Positions 19,027 through 29,336 are shown, numbered from the stretch's first letter. The stretch is 64,000 nt of DNA from Candidatus Ryanbacteria bacterium RIFCSPHIGHO2_02_FULL_45_17b (GCA_001819815.1 MHNO01000009.1:460-64459); one strand, 5' to 3'. Translations and numbers: made by a program. The notes: generated by a model not told the origin, from the sequence alone.

Positions 19027-20304
19027 ATGTCTCATCAAACGCGCACAGCTTCAATAGCAACAACTATGCTCGTGGTATTGGCAGGTGTTTTTCTTATGCA
19101 TCCATTATCATACGCCTCTGCGGCCACAGAATCCGAACTTCGGGCGCGAATGGAAGCACAGCAAAAAGAAATACAAAAACTGGAAAAAGAAATTGCCGCA
19201 TACCACAAAACGCTATCACAAACCACTGAACAATCAAAAACACTCCAGCAGGAAGTAGCACGCATAGAAACACAAATAAAAAAAGTAAACGCGGATATGC
19301 GACTTACTCAAAATCGCCTTGCCTCCACACAGCTTCAAATAGAAGAGTTGGATGGGAATATAGCTGAGAGCCAATCAAAAATGGAAGCACATCGTCAGAC
19401 ACTTGCCGAAACATTACAAGCGGTATATCAAGCAGATACGAATTCGCTTATGGAGGTGTTATTGCAACATGAGCGTATTTCTGATTTTTTTGGAAACCTG
19501 GAAGATTTGGAACATCTGGAAGAATCTATCAATAGCAATCTTGCCTCTCTTCGCGAATCAAAAAAAGTTCTTGAGGATGAGCACGCCACCCGCACGGAAC
19601 AGAAAAAAACACTCTCTGCTCTTGACCGTGAACTGCAAAGCCGACGCGTCATAGAACAAAATGCCAAAAAAGTAAAAAATACCCTGCTTGCAGAAACAAA
19701 AAATGAAGAAGCGCGCTATCAAAAGTTAGTGCGGGATCGTGAAGCAAAACGGGAAGCGATGTTAAATGAAATACAGCGTACAGAAGATGAATTGAGAAAA
19801 CTTATAGATCCTTCAACCATCCCCGGATCGCACGCCGGCATTCTTGCCTGGCCCATTAAAGGCAGTGTTGCGCTTACCCAAAGTTTTGGGAATACACCGG
19901 ATTCTCAAATTCTATACAATGGCAAACCCCATAATGGCATAGATCTGCGCGCTCCTATTGGCACACCCCTGCATGCCGCTGATTCAGGCGAGGTATGGGA
20001 GACAGGCAATACAGACGCATATGCAGGTTGTTTATCTTATGGTAAATGGGTTCTTATCAAACATCCCAACAATCTTGCCACCCTGTATGCGCACCTTTCA
20101 CAAATACTAGTCACACGTGGAACTTCCGTCACGCGGGAGGATTTGATAGGATACACAGGGGAGACAGGATACGCTACCGGACCGCATCTCCATTTTGGCG
20201 TATACGACGCGAGCACCATGCAATTTCGTTCATCAAAAATAGCAGGAAGCAACTGTCAATTCTTGCCGTATGGAGGTTATTTGAATCCACTAGCATATTT
20301 ATAA
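19027..20304 (+). CDS. M23-family peptidase with N-terminal coiled coil (EnvC-like murein hydrolase factor)
   Basis: Signal peptide and a long coiled coil, then M23 motifs HNGIDLRAPIGTPLHAADSGEV and GETGYATGPHLHFGVYD. Confidence 0.8.
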   Translation: MSHQTRTASIATTMLVVLAGVFLMHPLSYASAATESELRARMEAQQKEIQKLEKEIAAYHKTLSQTTEQSKTLQQEVARIETQIKKVNADMRLTQNRLASTQLQIEELDGNIAESQSKMEAHRQTLAETLQAVYQADTNSLMEVLLQHERISDFFGNLEDLEHLEESINSNLASLRESKKVLEDEHATRTEQKKTLSALDRELQSRRVIEQNAKKVKNTLLAETKNEEARYQKLVRDREAKREAMLNEIQRTEDELRKLIDPSTIPGSHAGILAWPIKGSVALTQSFGNTPDSQILYNGKPHNGIDLRAPIGTPLHAADSGEVWETGNTDAYAGCLSYGKWVLIKHPNNLATLYAHLSQILVTRGTSVTREDLIGYTGETGYATGPHLHFGVYDASTMQFRSSKIAGSNCQFLPYGGYLNPLAYL

Positions 20305-20310
20305 TGAATC

Positions 20311-20520
20311 ATGAATAAAGGTATTATACAACTCATTATTATAATCATTCTCTCCGTAATTATTTTAAGCCTGCTGGGCGTAAGTTTGCGCGCATTGTTT
20401 ACCGATCAAACGCTTAAAGAAAATTTTATGTTCGTGTGGGATTTTGTTCTGCACGCATGGGGGACATACGTATCGCCTTATCTGCAGACGCTTTGGCAGA
20501 AAATTCAGGAGTTACGATAG
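20311..20520 (+). CDS. small hydrophobic hypothetical protein (69 aa)
   Basis: Single TM helix (IIQLIIIIILSVIILSLLGV). No homolog recognised. Confidence 0.3.
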   Translation: MNKGIIQLIIIIILSVIILSLLGVSLRALFTDQTLKENFMFVWDFVLHAWGTYVSPYLQTLWQKIQELR

Positions 20521-20550
20521 TGATTTTTAATAAAGTAAAAACAAATAGTA

Positions 20551-20667
20551 AGCGGGGGCAGGATTGTGCGACGTGCTTACATGTTGCACAATAGGGTCGT
20601 AATGTCGCAAAAGATATATTGTGCGACGTACTATTGTACACTCCCCCTCCCTGCGCAATTTTTTTAC
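20551..20667 (+). promoter_or_regulatory. complex dyad-symmetry element with a U-tract (structured terminator/attenuator or operator cluster)
   Basis: Outer G-run gcgggggcagg pairs with the C-run cctccccctccctgcgc. Inside are ATTGTGCGACGT at 20563 and 20619 and inverted copies (catgttgcacaat, tgtcgcaa). The element ends in caatttttttac. Confidence 0.4.
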
Positions 20668-20703
20668 AAAAAAGCGCGGGAAACATAATTCCTAGTAACA
20701 ACC

Positions 20704-21888
20704 ATGCGTACCTCCTATTCGGCGCTGGAAACACTCCGGCAATGCCCGCAAAAATATAAATTCCAGGAAATAGACAAGATAAAAACTCCCAAATCAAAGG
20801 AGGCGGTTTTTGGCACACTCATTCATGCTTCCCTTAAATTTCTTTTTTCACGCGACCCGCTGTACCCTTCTCTCGATGAGGTAATTGCGAACTTCCGCGA
20901 CTCCTGGCGTGCGTCTGAGATAGCAAACATGACAGAAGAGGAACGTTCTTTGTATTTGGCACAAGGTGAGAATATATTAAAACGATTTTATGCGAAAAAC
21001 CAGCCGTGGAATTTTAATGTGGTAGACATGGAATCTCGTTTTGAGCTCTCAGTCACTGACCCTACAACCGGAACTACACATAATATTGCCGGCATTATGG
21101 ATCGTATCGATAAACCCACGGACGATACTTTTGAAATTATAGATTACAAAACAAGCCGCACCATGAAATCGCAAGAACATCTAGATTCTGATCTGCAGCT
21201 TTCGCTGTATCACCTGGGTCTATTGCGCCGGTGGCCCCATATACAGGCAAGCAACATTGCGCTCTCCCTCTACTATGTAAAACATAATGAAAAGATAACA
21301 ACGGCTCGTAAAAGCGAAGACGCGAAACGTGTCGAGGAACACGTACTTGCCACCATTCGTGATATCGAAGCTCGTACCACCCAAAACGATTTCCCTCCCC
21401 AACCATCGGCGCTCTGCGACTGGTGTGGGTATAAGGCCATGTGTCCCGCCTGGAAATTCATGTTCATGGAACATGGAACACGTACCATGGAACAAAAAAA
21501 TATCATGGGCATATTGACAGAGTATTTTGATATTAAAAAAGAAACACAAAAACACGCAAAACGGCTTGCGGAATTGCAGATGGATATCAAAGCATACATG
21601 GATCAAGAAGGTCTCACCCGCGTATTTGGAGATGCAGGTGTTATTTCAAAAACCATACAAGAACGCTACGTCTATGACTATGAAAAAATTCGTGCCGTAC
21701 TCGAAACACATAATCGTCTTGATATATGGAACGCGCTGTTACAACCAGATGACAAAAAATTAAAAACTATTATATCTTCCCTGCCCTCTCCTCTCAAAGA
21801 GCAGGTTTTGGAAGCCCGATCGATTGCGAAAAAATTTGAAGTGCTCACCGCAACTATAAAAAAAACGTTCGAAGAACATGCGTCATAA
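20704..21888 (+). CDS. PD-(D/E)XK nuclease-superfamily protein with a Cas4/AddB-like Fe-S cysteine cluster
   Basis: N-terminal Cys (LRQCPQKY); IMDRIDKP...EIIDYKTSR core (D...D/E-x-K); C-terminal CDWCGYKAMC (C-x2-C-x5-C). Confidence 0.6.
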   Translation: MRTSYSALETLRQCPQKYKFQEIDKIKTPKSKEAVFGTLIHASLKFLFSRDPLYPSLDEVIANFRDSWRASEIANMTEEERSLYLAQGENILKRFYAKNQPWNFNVVDMESRFELSVTDPTTGTTHNIAGIMDRIDKPTDDTFEIIDYKTSRTMKSQEHLDSDLQLSLYHLGLLRRWPHIQASNIALSLYYVKHNEKITTARKSEDAKRVEEHVLATIRDIEARTTQNDFPPQPSALCDWCGYKAMCPAWKFMFMEHGTRTMEQKNIMGILTEYFDIKKETQKHAKRLAELQMDIKAYMDQEGLTRVFGDAGVISKTIQERYVYDYEKIRAVLETHNRLDIWNALLQPDDKKLKTIISSLPSPLKEQVLEARSIAKKFEVLTATIKKTFEEHAS

Positions 21889-22269
21889 TCCCTCACACCC
21901 AGACGCAATAGTGTATCCTGCTTTTTCAGCTGCTTGCGCTGATGGAAACCAAACCTTATTTGCTTCCTTGACGCGGCTAAACCCTCCGCACCATGGATAG
22001 TAATAACGCGTGCCATTTCGACTTGTTGCCACCAATCCCGGAAGCCCGGAAGCTGCCATGTAGGTATCACGAACATCCGTTTCTGACAGATTGATCTGTC
22101 TTTCTTCGACTTGTATCGGACTCCGTTCCTGCCATAATAGAGCAATCCGCAGCAAACCCGCCATAAGCACAGCGCCTAAAAACGCCGTACACGCCCAAAA
22201 CACGCTATCTCTGCTCTCTTCCCACCACTCCTTGCTATTTTCTCTAAGTCTTGCTACTCTTTGGAGCAT
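21883..22269 (-). CDS. membrane-anchored hypothetical protein with a Cys-containing C-terminal domain
   Basis: One TM helix (VFWACTAFLGAVLMAGLLRIALL), then a YYYPWCGG...ASGCEG motif. Unknown family. Confidence 0.4.
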   Translation of the reverse strand: MLQRVARLRENSKEWWEESRDSVFWACTAFLGAVLMAGLLRIALLWQERSPIQVEERQINLSETDVRDTYMAASGLPGLVATSRNGTRYYYPWCGGFSRVKEANKVWFPSAQAAEKAGYTIASGCEGL

Positions 22270-22314
22270 ATACTAATCTTAGTTGCCTAGCGCTTAAAGC
22301 CTAGAGTCTAAAAA

Positions 22315-22596
22315 ATGGCACATACAAAATCTGCGGGTTCTACCGCGAATGTTCGCGACTCACAAGCAAAATATCGGGGTGTAAAAATACATGATGGAGA
22401 CCGCGCTGTCGCAGGCAATATTATTGTCCGCCAAGTTGGTTTACGCATTCTCCCGGGAACAGGCGTTCGCCAAGGACGCGATTTTACGCTCTATGCCATT
22501 CGAACTGGTCTTGTAAAATTCTCTGCAAAACGAAAGAAACGATTTGATGGAACTACTACACGAAAGAAAGTGGTAAGCGTCGTTGCTAATTCTTGA
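22315..22596 (+). CDS. rpmA: 50S ribosomal protein L27
   Basis: MAHTKSAGSTANVRDSQAKYRGVK...AGNIIVRQVG matches L27 MAHKKGGGSTRNGRDS...AGNIIVRQRG. Confidence 0.9.
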   Translation: MAHTKSAGSTANVRDSQAKYRGVKIHDGDRAVAGNIIVRQVGLRILPGTGVRQGRDFTLYAIRTGLVKFSAKRKKRFDGTTTRKKVVSVVANS

Positions 22597-24238
22597 CGTC
22601 TTTCTTCATCGCGGCTTGTATAAAAGCAAGAAACAATGGATGCGGGTCTAAAAACCGAGATTGAAATTCCGGATGAAATTGTGTTCCCATGAAAAAGGGA
22701 TGGTCTCGCAGCTCGATTATTTCCGCAAGGTCTCGTTCCGGGTTTACTCCGGAGACAACGAGACCCTTTTTTATTAAACGCTCGCGAAACATATTATTGA
22801 GTTCATAACGATGGCGATGGCGTTCTTTTATGCGTGGCAAACCATACGCGCCATACGCCTTTGTTCCCTGTTGCAAGCGGCATGTATACGATCCCAAACG
22901 CATAGAACCGCCCATATGACGCGTGGCGATATTCTCTTTTTGTTCCGGCAACACATCAATCACGGGATATGTCGTTTTTGGATCTACTTCCGTGGTATGG
23001 GCGCCTTCCATGTGAACGACATTCCGCGCGAACTCTACAACCGCCAAGTGCATACCGTAACATAACCCGAAGTAGGGCACGTTGTTTTTTCGACAAAATT
23101 CTATAACGCGTATTTTTCCTTCCACACCACGACTGCCAAAACCTCCGGGCACCACGATACCATCAAAATCACGCAAGCTCCACAATAACTTTGGATCACG
23201 TTCATATTCTTCCGCGTTTAACCAATGTAATTCCGGAAACCGCTTTTCCGTCCACGCCGCGTGTTTCAGCGCCTCAATTACCGAAATATAAGAATCAGAA
23301 AGCGTAAATGCGCCCGTGCCAAAATACTTTCCCACAATTCCGATTTTTATCGGCTTCTTTGCGTCGCGCGCCTGCCGCATGCGCTCCTGCCACGCACTCA
23401 TGTTCTTCTTTTTTTTCGAAACCGACATGCGAAATTTTTTCAACAACCTATCACCCAAGCCTTCCTTTTCATAATTCAAAGGCACTTCATAAATAGAAGA
23501 AACATCGGGCGCTGAAATAATATCTTCCTCTTGCATATTGCAAAATACCGACACTTTTTGCTTCCGTGGTTTATCCAACGGAACCGATGACCGCGCAAGA
23601 ATGATGTCCGGCTGAATTCCAGCCGTATTCAAAGAACGCACCGCGTATTGCGTAGGTTTTGTCTTCATCTCTCCCAACATCTGCGGTATGGGAAAATAAC
23701 TCACCATCACAAAAAGAACCTTATCGGGATGTTGTAATTTCATCATACGGCCCGCCTCCAGGAATAATAAATTTTGGTACTCACCTACCGTACCGCCGAT
23801 TTCTACCATAACAAAATCCGATGACGTGCGCGTGCCCGCGCGTTCAATCCGTTGTATAACCTCTTCCGGCACATGGGGCACCACTTCCACACACTTGCCG
23901 TCAAACTCGAGATTACGCTCTTTTGTTATAACAGAAAGATACACCGCCCCCGTTGTCATGTAGTTATAAGCATGCATCTCTTCCCCCAAAAACCGTTCAT
24001 AGTTGCCAATATCCTGATCACACTCCATGCCATCAGTAGTAACAAAAACCTCCCCGTGTTCTACAGGGTTCATGGTTCCCGCATCTACATTGATGTAGGG
24101 GTCTATCTTTACTGCCGTTACGCGATATCCGCGTGATTGCAAAATGTTACCGATGGAGGACGTCGCAACACCCTTGCCAATGCCGGACATCACTCCCCCC
24201 ACCACAAAAATATACCGCGTGTTATGATTAGAGCCCAT
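22586..24238 (-). CDS. pyrG: CTP synthase
   Basis: N-terminal synthetase domain (IFVVGGVMSGIGKG) and C-terminal GATase with the GLCYGMHLAVVEFARNV catalytic Cys region. Confidence 0.95.
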   Translation of the reverse strand: MGSNHNTRYIFVVGGVMSGIGKGVATSSIGNILQSRGYRVTAVKIDPYINVDAGTMNPVEHGEVFVTTDGMECDQDIGNYERFLGEEMHAYNYMTTGAVYLSVITKERNLEFDGKCVEVVPHVPEEVIQRIERAGTRTSSDFVMVEIGGTVGEYQNLLFLEAGRMMKLQHPDKVLFVMVSYFPIPQMLGEMKTKPTQYAVRSLNTAGIQPDIILARSSVPLDKPRKQKVSVFCNMQEEDIISAPDVSSIYEVPLNYEKEGLGDRLLKKFRMSVSKKKKNMSAWQERMRQARDAKKPIKIGIVGKYFGTGAFTLSDSYISVIEALKHAAWTEKRFPELHWLNAEEYERDPKLLWSLRDFDGIVVPGGFGSRGVEGKIRVIEFCRKNNVPYFGLCYGMHLAVVEFARNVVHMEGAHTTEVDPKTTYPVIDVLPEQKENIATRHMGGSMRLGSYTCRLQQGTKAYGAYGLPRIKERHRHRYELNNMFRERLIKKGLVVSGVNPERDLAEIIELRDHPFFMGTQFHPEFQSRFLDPHPLFLAFIQAAMKKDVKN

Positions 24239-24337
24239 CTCAAAAATAATGAGAAACTAGAATGCTTGGATTTCGTGCAGTAGAAATATAAGTATTATAG
24301 CCCTCAAGTAGTTACATATATCTTTGTTAATGCACGG

Positions 24338-24799
24338 TTATTTTTGAGAGGGGCTCTGGTCACGCTCCACTGTTATGGAAATAATGCCAGTAACCATGTC
24401 GTCAAATATTACCGTAACGGGATACGTTCCCAGTTCTTTGATGTGCGCTTCCAGATGAATGTGCTTCTCATCAAGATTATGTCCCTTCCCTGCTAATGCA
24501 CTTACGATATCCGCTTCTGTAACAGATCCAAACAGATGACCCTCGTCAGTCGCTTTCCGTAAGATAACAATCTGTTCCTTTTGCAACGCCTCCAGAAACA
24601 TGGCAAATGCCTCCTGATCTTTCGCGTGCTGATAAGCCGCGTCTCTCTGCATACGCTTTGCCTGCTCCAAACCGGCGGCTGTTGCCAAGTGGGCAAGTCC
24701 GCGCGGGAAAAGAAAGTTGCGAAAATACCCGGATGAGACATCTTTTACGTCACCTGCGTGTCCGAGTTTTTCTACTTGTTTTCGTAAAATTACCTGCAT
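24338..24799 (-). CDS. rplI: 50S ribosomal protein L9
   Basis: MQVILRKQVEKLGHAGDVKDVSSGYFRNFLFPRGLA is the canonical L9 N-terminus. Confidence 0.9.
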   Translation of the reverse strand: MQVILRKQVEKLGHAGDVKDVSSGYFRNFLFPRGLAHLATAAGLEQAKRMQRDAAYQHAKDQEAFAMFLEALQKEQIVILRKATDEGHLFGSVTEADIVSALAGKGHNLDEKHIHLEAHIKELGTYPVTVIFDDMVTGIISITVERDQSPSQK

Positions 24800-24810
24800 A
24801 TGCCTCCATG

Positions 24811-26022
24811 TTACTCCATTCCTTTTATTATTTCAAGAGCTTTTTCCATCTGTGGATCTTGTAATTTTTCAACGTCTTCCGGGGTTATTTCAACCACAAT
24901 GTCCGGATCGAGACCGTTTTCAGAAAGTGAAATACCTGATGGAGTGAGCCAACGCGCTATGGTTACTTTCAATGAGGTAGTATTCGTGACATCAACCAGC
25001 TCTTGCACAGAACCTTTGCCAAATGTTTTGGTGCCAATAAGCTGTGTCTTTAAATGATCACGTAAGGCTCCTGCAAGAATTTCGGATGCCGACGCGGAAC
25101 CATTATTCACAAGTATTACTGTGGGGATATTGCTGAGCGCGTTATATCCATGGCTTCTATGCTGAAGTTCAGTGCCATCACCAAATGCTTCCCGCGCAAC
25201 AACTTTCCCCGACTCCAAAAACCAACTTGCAATATCTACTGACGCTTCTAAAAACCCGCCGGGATTGTTTCGCAAATCAAGAATAAGTTTATTGCTTCCC
25301 GAACGCGCCATTTCTTGAAGCGCTTTGCGAAATTCAAGCGGAGATTGTTCTGAAAAATTATACAGATGGATCACAAAAACACCGCCGTCTCGTTTCTCCA
25401 TATCAAGAATGGGCACATGAATAGTATCGCGCGTAATCTTTATAACACGCATTTCGTCTTCCCCGCTCCGTAAAATAGTAAGCGCAACAACGGTTCCTTT
25501 ATCCCCGCGAATAAGGCGCACAGCTTCATCAAGCGTCAACTCTGTCGTTATGACATCATCTATACGCGCAATTTTATCGCCTGGAAGCAATCCGGCTCCC
25601 GCTGCGGGCGAACCCGTAAGCGGAGAAATGACAGTGAGCACCCCCTTGCGCATGCCGATCTCCGCGCCTATACCCTCAAATTTTCCTTCAATTTCTGACT
25701 CAAAAAGCTGTTTTTCTACCGGCGGAAAAAATACGGTATAGGGATCATCAAGCGCGGCAACCATACCGCCTATAGCGCCATATACCATTTTCTGCCTATC
25801 AAGCCCATCACTTGCGACATATTTCTCCTCTATTAAATTCCATGCTTTCCAAAATGGCGAAAAATCGACTTCCGCCGGTTTTGCGGTTTCTTTGTTGTAT
25901 AACGATGTCACTTGGTCTATCGTCGGCCGCTGACTGTAGCCCACATACACCCCTACGCCAAACCCCGCTCCTATAACAAGAAACGCAGCAGCAACCAAAC
26001 TTATTTTTCTCATACATTGCAT
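24811..26022 (-). CDS. ctpA: carboxyl-terminal processing protease (S41)
   Basis: PDZ region (GDKIARIDDV), LDLRNNPGG and ILVNNGSASASEILAGAL with the catalytic Ser. Confidence 0.9.
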   Translation of the reverse strand: MQCMRKISLVAAAFLVIGAGFGVGVYVGYSQRPTIDQVTSLYNKETAKPAEVDFSPFWKAWNLIEEKYVASDGLDRQKMVYGAIGGMVAALDDPYTVFFPPVEKQLFESEIEGKFEGIGAEIGMRKGVLTVISPLTGSPAAGAGLLPGDKIARIDDVITTELTLDEAVRLIRGDKGTVVALTILRSGEDEMRVIKITRDTIHVPILDMEKRDGGVFVIHLYNFSEQSPLEFRKALQEMARSGSNKLILDLRNNPGGFLEASVDIASWFLESGKVVAREAFGDGTELQHRSHGYNALSNIPTVILVNNGSASASEILAGALRDHLKTQLIGTKTFGKGSVQELVDVTNTTSLKVTIARWLTPSGISLSENGLDPDIVVEITPEDVEKLQDPQMEKALEIIKGME

Positions 26023-26033
26023 TTCTTAAGTAT

Positions 26034-26070
26034 CGCAAAGAAAAAAGCTCTGGTCAATTGACCAAAGCTC
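26034..26070 (-). terminator. rho-independent terminator for the upstream membrane-protein gene
   Basis: On the minus strand: AGCTTTGGTC-AATT-GACCAGAGCT (10-bp stem, one G.U) followed by TTTTTTCTTT. Core palindrome is TGGTCAATTGACCA. Confidence 0.6.
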
Positions 26071-26099
26071 TAACAACTTCGTTTTGATGATACCGTTTA

Positions 26100-26900
26100 T
26101 TATTTAGATTTTTCTTCCTCGCCTTTCTTTGGAATAATCGGGCAAAATCCCTTATATAGTGCCGTGATATTTTGCATAAACAGGCTTCCTTGAGCGGTCA
26201 CACCTTTAAACATTTGCAGTTTTGCTATTACAATAACAAAGGCAACAACGAGACAAATAGCAAAAACCACAATACCAAGCCAGTAGAAAACCCCCAACAC
26301 AGCACTCCAGCCAAAAGTTTGTATGCCCCCGAGAATCCAAACAAAACCTACATTGGCGCTCACAAACAGCGCCAGAAAATAAAAGGCTACTGTACTGTTT
26401 GCTTTATATTTTAGCACAAGGTTCCAATACAGGAACGTGAATACTATGTTGTATGAGATCGACCACACTATCAAATGAAGCATGCTTGTAAATTCATCCT
26501 TTTCATTCCAGGCAAAAAAATGATCATACCCTCCCGTACCAACTGAATAGGTAGTGTTTATTATCGCATACATAGATGCCAGCATTACAAGCCACAGAAA
26601 CAGAGTGAAAAAAGTAAGCCACGATCCTCGGCATACCGAAACCCCAGAATACTCTTTCCAAGAATCCCACACCGTCTCCATATAGCGAGAATACGAAGTA
26701 TGGTAAAAATCTTCCGACCAAAGAAATGCAAAAAAAGTGAGCATGGAAAGTTCAAGTAACACCAATACCACTTTTACTATGTCCAATAATAACTTGCCTT
26801 GGTTACTTTCTGGTGATAACCCAAAAAGATATACCGACACACCAGCCACAAAGGCGATTGCCCCCAAGAGCGCTCCACGCGCTTTGTTAATGTTCTGCAT
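26100..26900 (-). CDS. polytopic membrane protein, function unknown
   Basis: At least 6 hydrophobic helices. No motif recognised. Has its own terminator. Confidence 0.5.
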   Translation of the reverse strand: MQNINKARGALLGAIAFVAGVSVYLFGLSPESNQGKLLLDIVKVVLVLLELSMLTFFAFLWSEDFYHTSYSRYMETVWDSWKEYSGVSVCRGSWLTFFTLFLWLVMLASMYAIINTTYSVGTGGYDHFFAWNEKDEFTSMLHLIVWSISYNIVFTFLYWNLVLKYKANSTVAFYFLALFVSANVGFVWILGGIQTFGWSAVLGVFYWLGIVVFAICLVVAFVIVIAKLQMFKGVTAQGSLFMQNITALYKGFCPIIPKKGEEEKSK

Positions 26901-26981
26901 AATAAGACCTCCTTATTGTGTGGATTTAGACTTACTCCTATCATACTTCCATAAAAATTACAAGTACGGTACACTAAACAT

Positions 26982-27887
26982 ATGCCCGTTATCCATGGAA
27001 AAAATTTTATTTGGACGCACCTAGAAAAACCAACGGAAGACGACATATTGGAAATTGCCAAAAATCGAGACCTTCATCTGCTGGTAGTTGAGGAGCTTTT
27101 GCATCCCACATTTCATCCAAAAATAGAGGTATATGATTCCTATATCTATCTCGTACTCCATTTCCCCCGCTTTGACACTCGCGATACAACCCATGGCACC
27201 GAGATTGATGTTGTCATCGGAAAAGATTTTTTTATTACCGCCCAATACGCGCGTATGCCTGTATGTGAACAGTTCATAAACGCCTGCGAAACAGATAAGC
27301 GAAAATCAAAACAATATCTCACAAGCGTCGGTGAGCTCCTGTATTACCTGCTTTCCGATCTTTTTAGAGATTCATTCCACGAACTCGAAAAAATGGATAC
27401 GGTCATTTCTGCCATGGAAAATATTATTTTCAAAGAACGAAATCGCGACTATATAGAAAACATCTCTCTTCTGCGGCGTCAAATACTCGATTTTCGTCAC
27501 ACTATTCATTCTCAACAGTCGGTATTGCAATCTCTGGCGGATGAAGGAAGGGAATTTTTTGGAAAACATATGCAGCCGTACATAAGCCGTATTACGGGAA
27601 ATCATCTTCGGATGTGGCACATTTTGGAAAATCACAAAGAAACCGTGGAAGCGCTGCACGAAACAAATGAATCACTTCTTTCATCTCGCGCTACGGAGAT
27701 AACCAAAAACCTCACCATCATGGCTTTTATTATTTTGCCGCTTACTCTTGTGGCAAACATTTTTGGCATGAACGTGGCGTTCTTTCCCATTGTCGGAAAC
27801 CCCTATGATTTCTGGGTTATTGTAGGCATTATGCTCGCCGGAATTACGGGAATGTTTATATTTTTCAAATGGAAAAAATGGATTTAA
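26982..27887 (+). CDS. corA: CorA-family Mg2+/Co2+ transporter
   Basis: C-terminal two TM helices with GMNVAFFP (GMN motif) and ...FFKWKKWI. Confidence 0.85.
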   Translation: MPVIHGKNFIWTHLEKPTEDDILEIAKNRDLHLLVVEELLHPTFHPKIEVYDSYIYLVLHFPRFDTRDTTHGTEIDVVIGKDFFITAQYARMPVCEQFINACETDKRKSKQYLTSVGELLYYLLSDLFRDSFHELEKMDTVISAMENIIFKERNRDYIENISLLRRQILDFRHTIHSQQSVLQSLADEGREFFGKHMQPYISRITGNHLRMWHILENHKETVEALHETNESLLSSRATEITKNLTIMAFIILPLTLVANIFGMNVAFFPIVGNPYDFWVIVGIMLAGITGMFIFFKWKKWI

Positions 27888-29251
27888 AACTTTACAATAC
27901 CCTTTCGCGAAAAAAGGAACTATTCAAGCCCCTCAAAAAGGGGGTTGTTCACATGTACACATGCGGCCCTACGGTATATAACTTTGCACATATCGGAAAT
28001 CTTAGAGCTTACCTGTTCCAAGATATTCTAAAACGTGTGCTCCAAAAAAATGGGTACCAGATCAATCATGTAATGAATATTACGGATGTAGACGACAAAA
28101 CCATTGCAGGTGCCAAAGCCGCGCGAATATCTTTGAAAGAATTTACGAGCACATACGAAACTGCCTTTATCCAAGACCTCAAGAAACTCAACATCATATT
28201 ACCAAGTACCTTTACTCGCGCCACCGAACATATTCCCGAAATGATCGATGTAATACAAAAACTTGTCGCCCACCAATACGCCTACATGAAAGATGGTTCC
28301 GTATATTATGATGTTTCTGCTTTCAAGCCATACGGCAAACTAGCACATTTGGACAAGAAAGGTCTTAAAGCAGGAGCACGCGTGGATGTAGATGAGTATT
28401 CTAAAGATGAAGTTCAGGATTTTGTTCTTTGGAAACAACAAAAGCCTGATGAACCTGCTTGGGATTCGCCCTTTGGTAAAGGCCGCCCCGGGTGGCACAT
28501 TGAGTGCTCAGCTATGTCTATGAAAGAACTTGGCGAGACGTTTGATATTCATACGGGAGGAGTTGATCTTATATTTCCTCATCATGAAAACGAAATCGCG
28601 CAATCGGAAGCGGCAACAGGAAAACTGTTTGTCCGTTATTGGCTCCATAGTGAACATTTGCTCATAGATAAAGAAAAAATGTCGAAGTCTCTTCATAATA
28701 TATACACACTCCAAGATATTGAGGAGAAAGCCTTCTCTCCGCTTGATTTTCGCTATCTTGTTCTTGGAGCACACTACCGTTCAAAATTGAATTTTACCTG
28801 GCAATCATTGGAAAGCGCGAGACATGCGCGCAAAGAATTGGAAGAGTTTGTACGCGAAGTTCTTGCGGAAAAAAAAGATCCTAAAAAACCACTGCCTGCC
28901 TTTTACGCGTCCGCGAAAAAACAATTTTTAGCGGCAATTACCGACGATCTTAATTCTCCAAAAGCTTTAGGTGTTCTTTGGAAATTTATACGCCACTATC
29001 GCACGACAAAAACAAAACACCCTGCATCAGCTTACGAGCTCATGGTAACATTTGATGCTCTATTAGGACTTGACCTTTACGCTGTTAGATCCATACAGAT
29101 ACCTGCTACCATCAAAACGTTAGTAGTAAAACGCGAAGAGGCCCGCCAAAAAAAGCATTGGCTTGAAGCAGACATCCTTCGTGGCGAGCTTCAAAAGAAG
29201 GGCTGGGAAGTAAAAGATACTGCCCACGGTTCTATTATCACAAAACGGTGA
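27878..29251 (+). CDS. cysS: cysteinyl-tRNA synthetase
   Basis: MYTCGPTVYNFAHIGNLRAY (HIGH) and KMSKSLHN (KMSKS). Start taken at MDLKLYNTLSRKKE. Confidence 0.9.
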   Translation: MDLKLYNTLSRKKELFKPLKKGVVHMYTCGPTVYNFAHIGNLRAYLFQDILKRVLQKNGYQINHVMNITDVDDKTIAGAKAARISLKEFTSTYETAFIQDLKKLNIILPSTFTRATEHIPEMIDVIQKLVAHQYAYMKDGSVYYDVSAFKPYGKLAHLDKKGLKAGARVDVDEYSKDEVQDFVLWKQQKPDEPAWDSPFGKGRPGWHIECSAMSMKELGETFDIHTGGVDLIFPHHENEIAQSEAATGKLFVRYWLHSEHLLIDKEKMSKSLHNIYTLQDIEEKAFSPLDFRYLVLGAHYRSKLNFTWQSLESARHARKELEEFVREVLAEKKDPKKPLPAFYASAKKQFLAAITDDLNSPKALGVLWKFIRHYRTTKTKHPASAYELMVTFDALLGLDLYAVRSIQIPATIKTLVVKREEARQKKHWLEADILRGELQKKGWEVKDTAHGSIITKR

Positions 29252-29336
29252 TTGCTTGTTGCCCACACATTCTCTACACGTTATCCTCCAATTTGGTGTT
29301 TGTTTCTAAAATTACTCTCGCCTATACTTATCCTAT

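Noticed and set aside
24239-24337. Promoter-like TATAAT between rplI and pyrG
   Set aside because: A -10-like hexamer is present on the minus strand, but no -35 lies at an acceptable spacing. It is likely operon read-through, so it is not reported as a feature.
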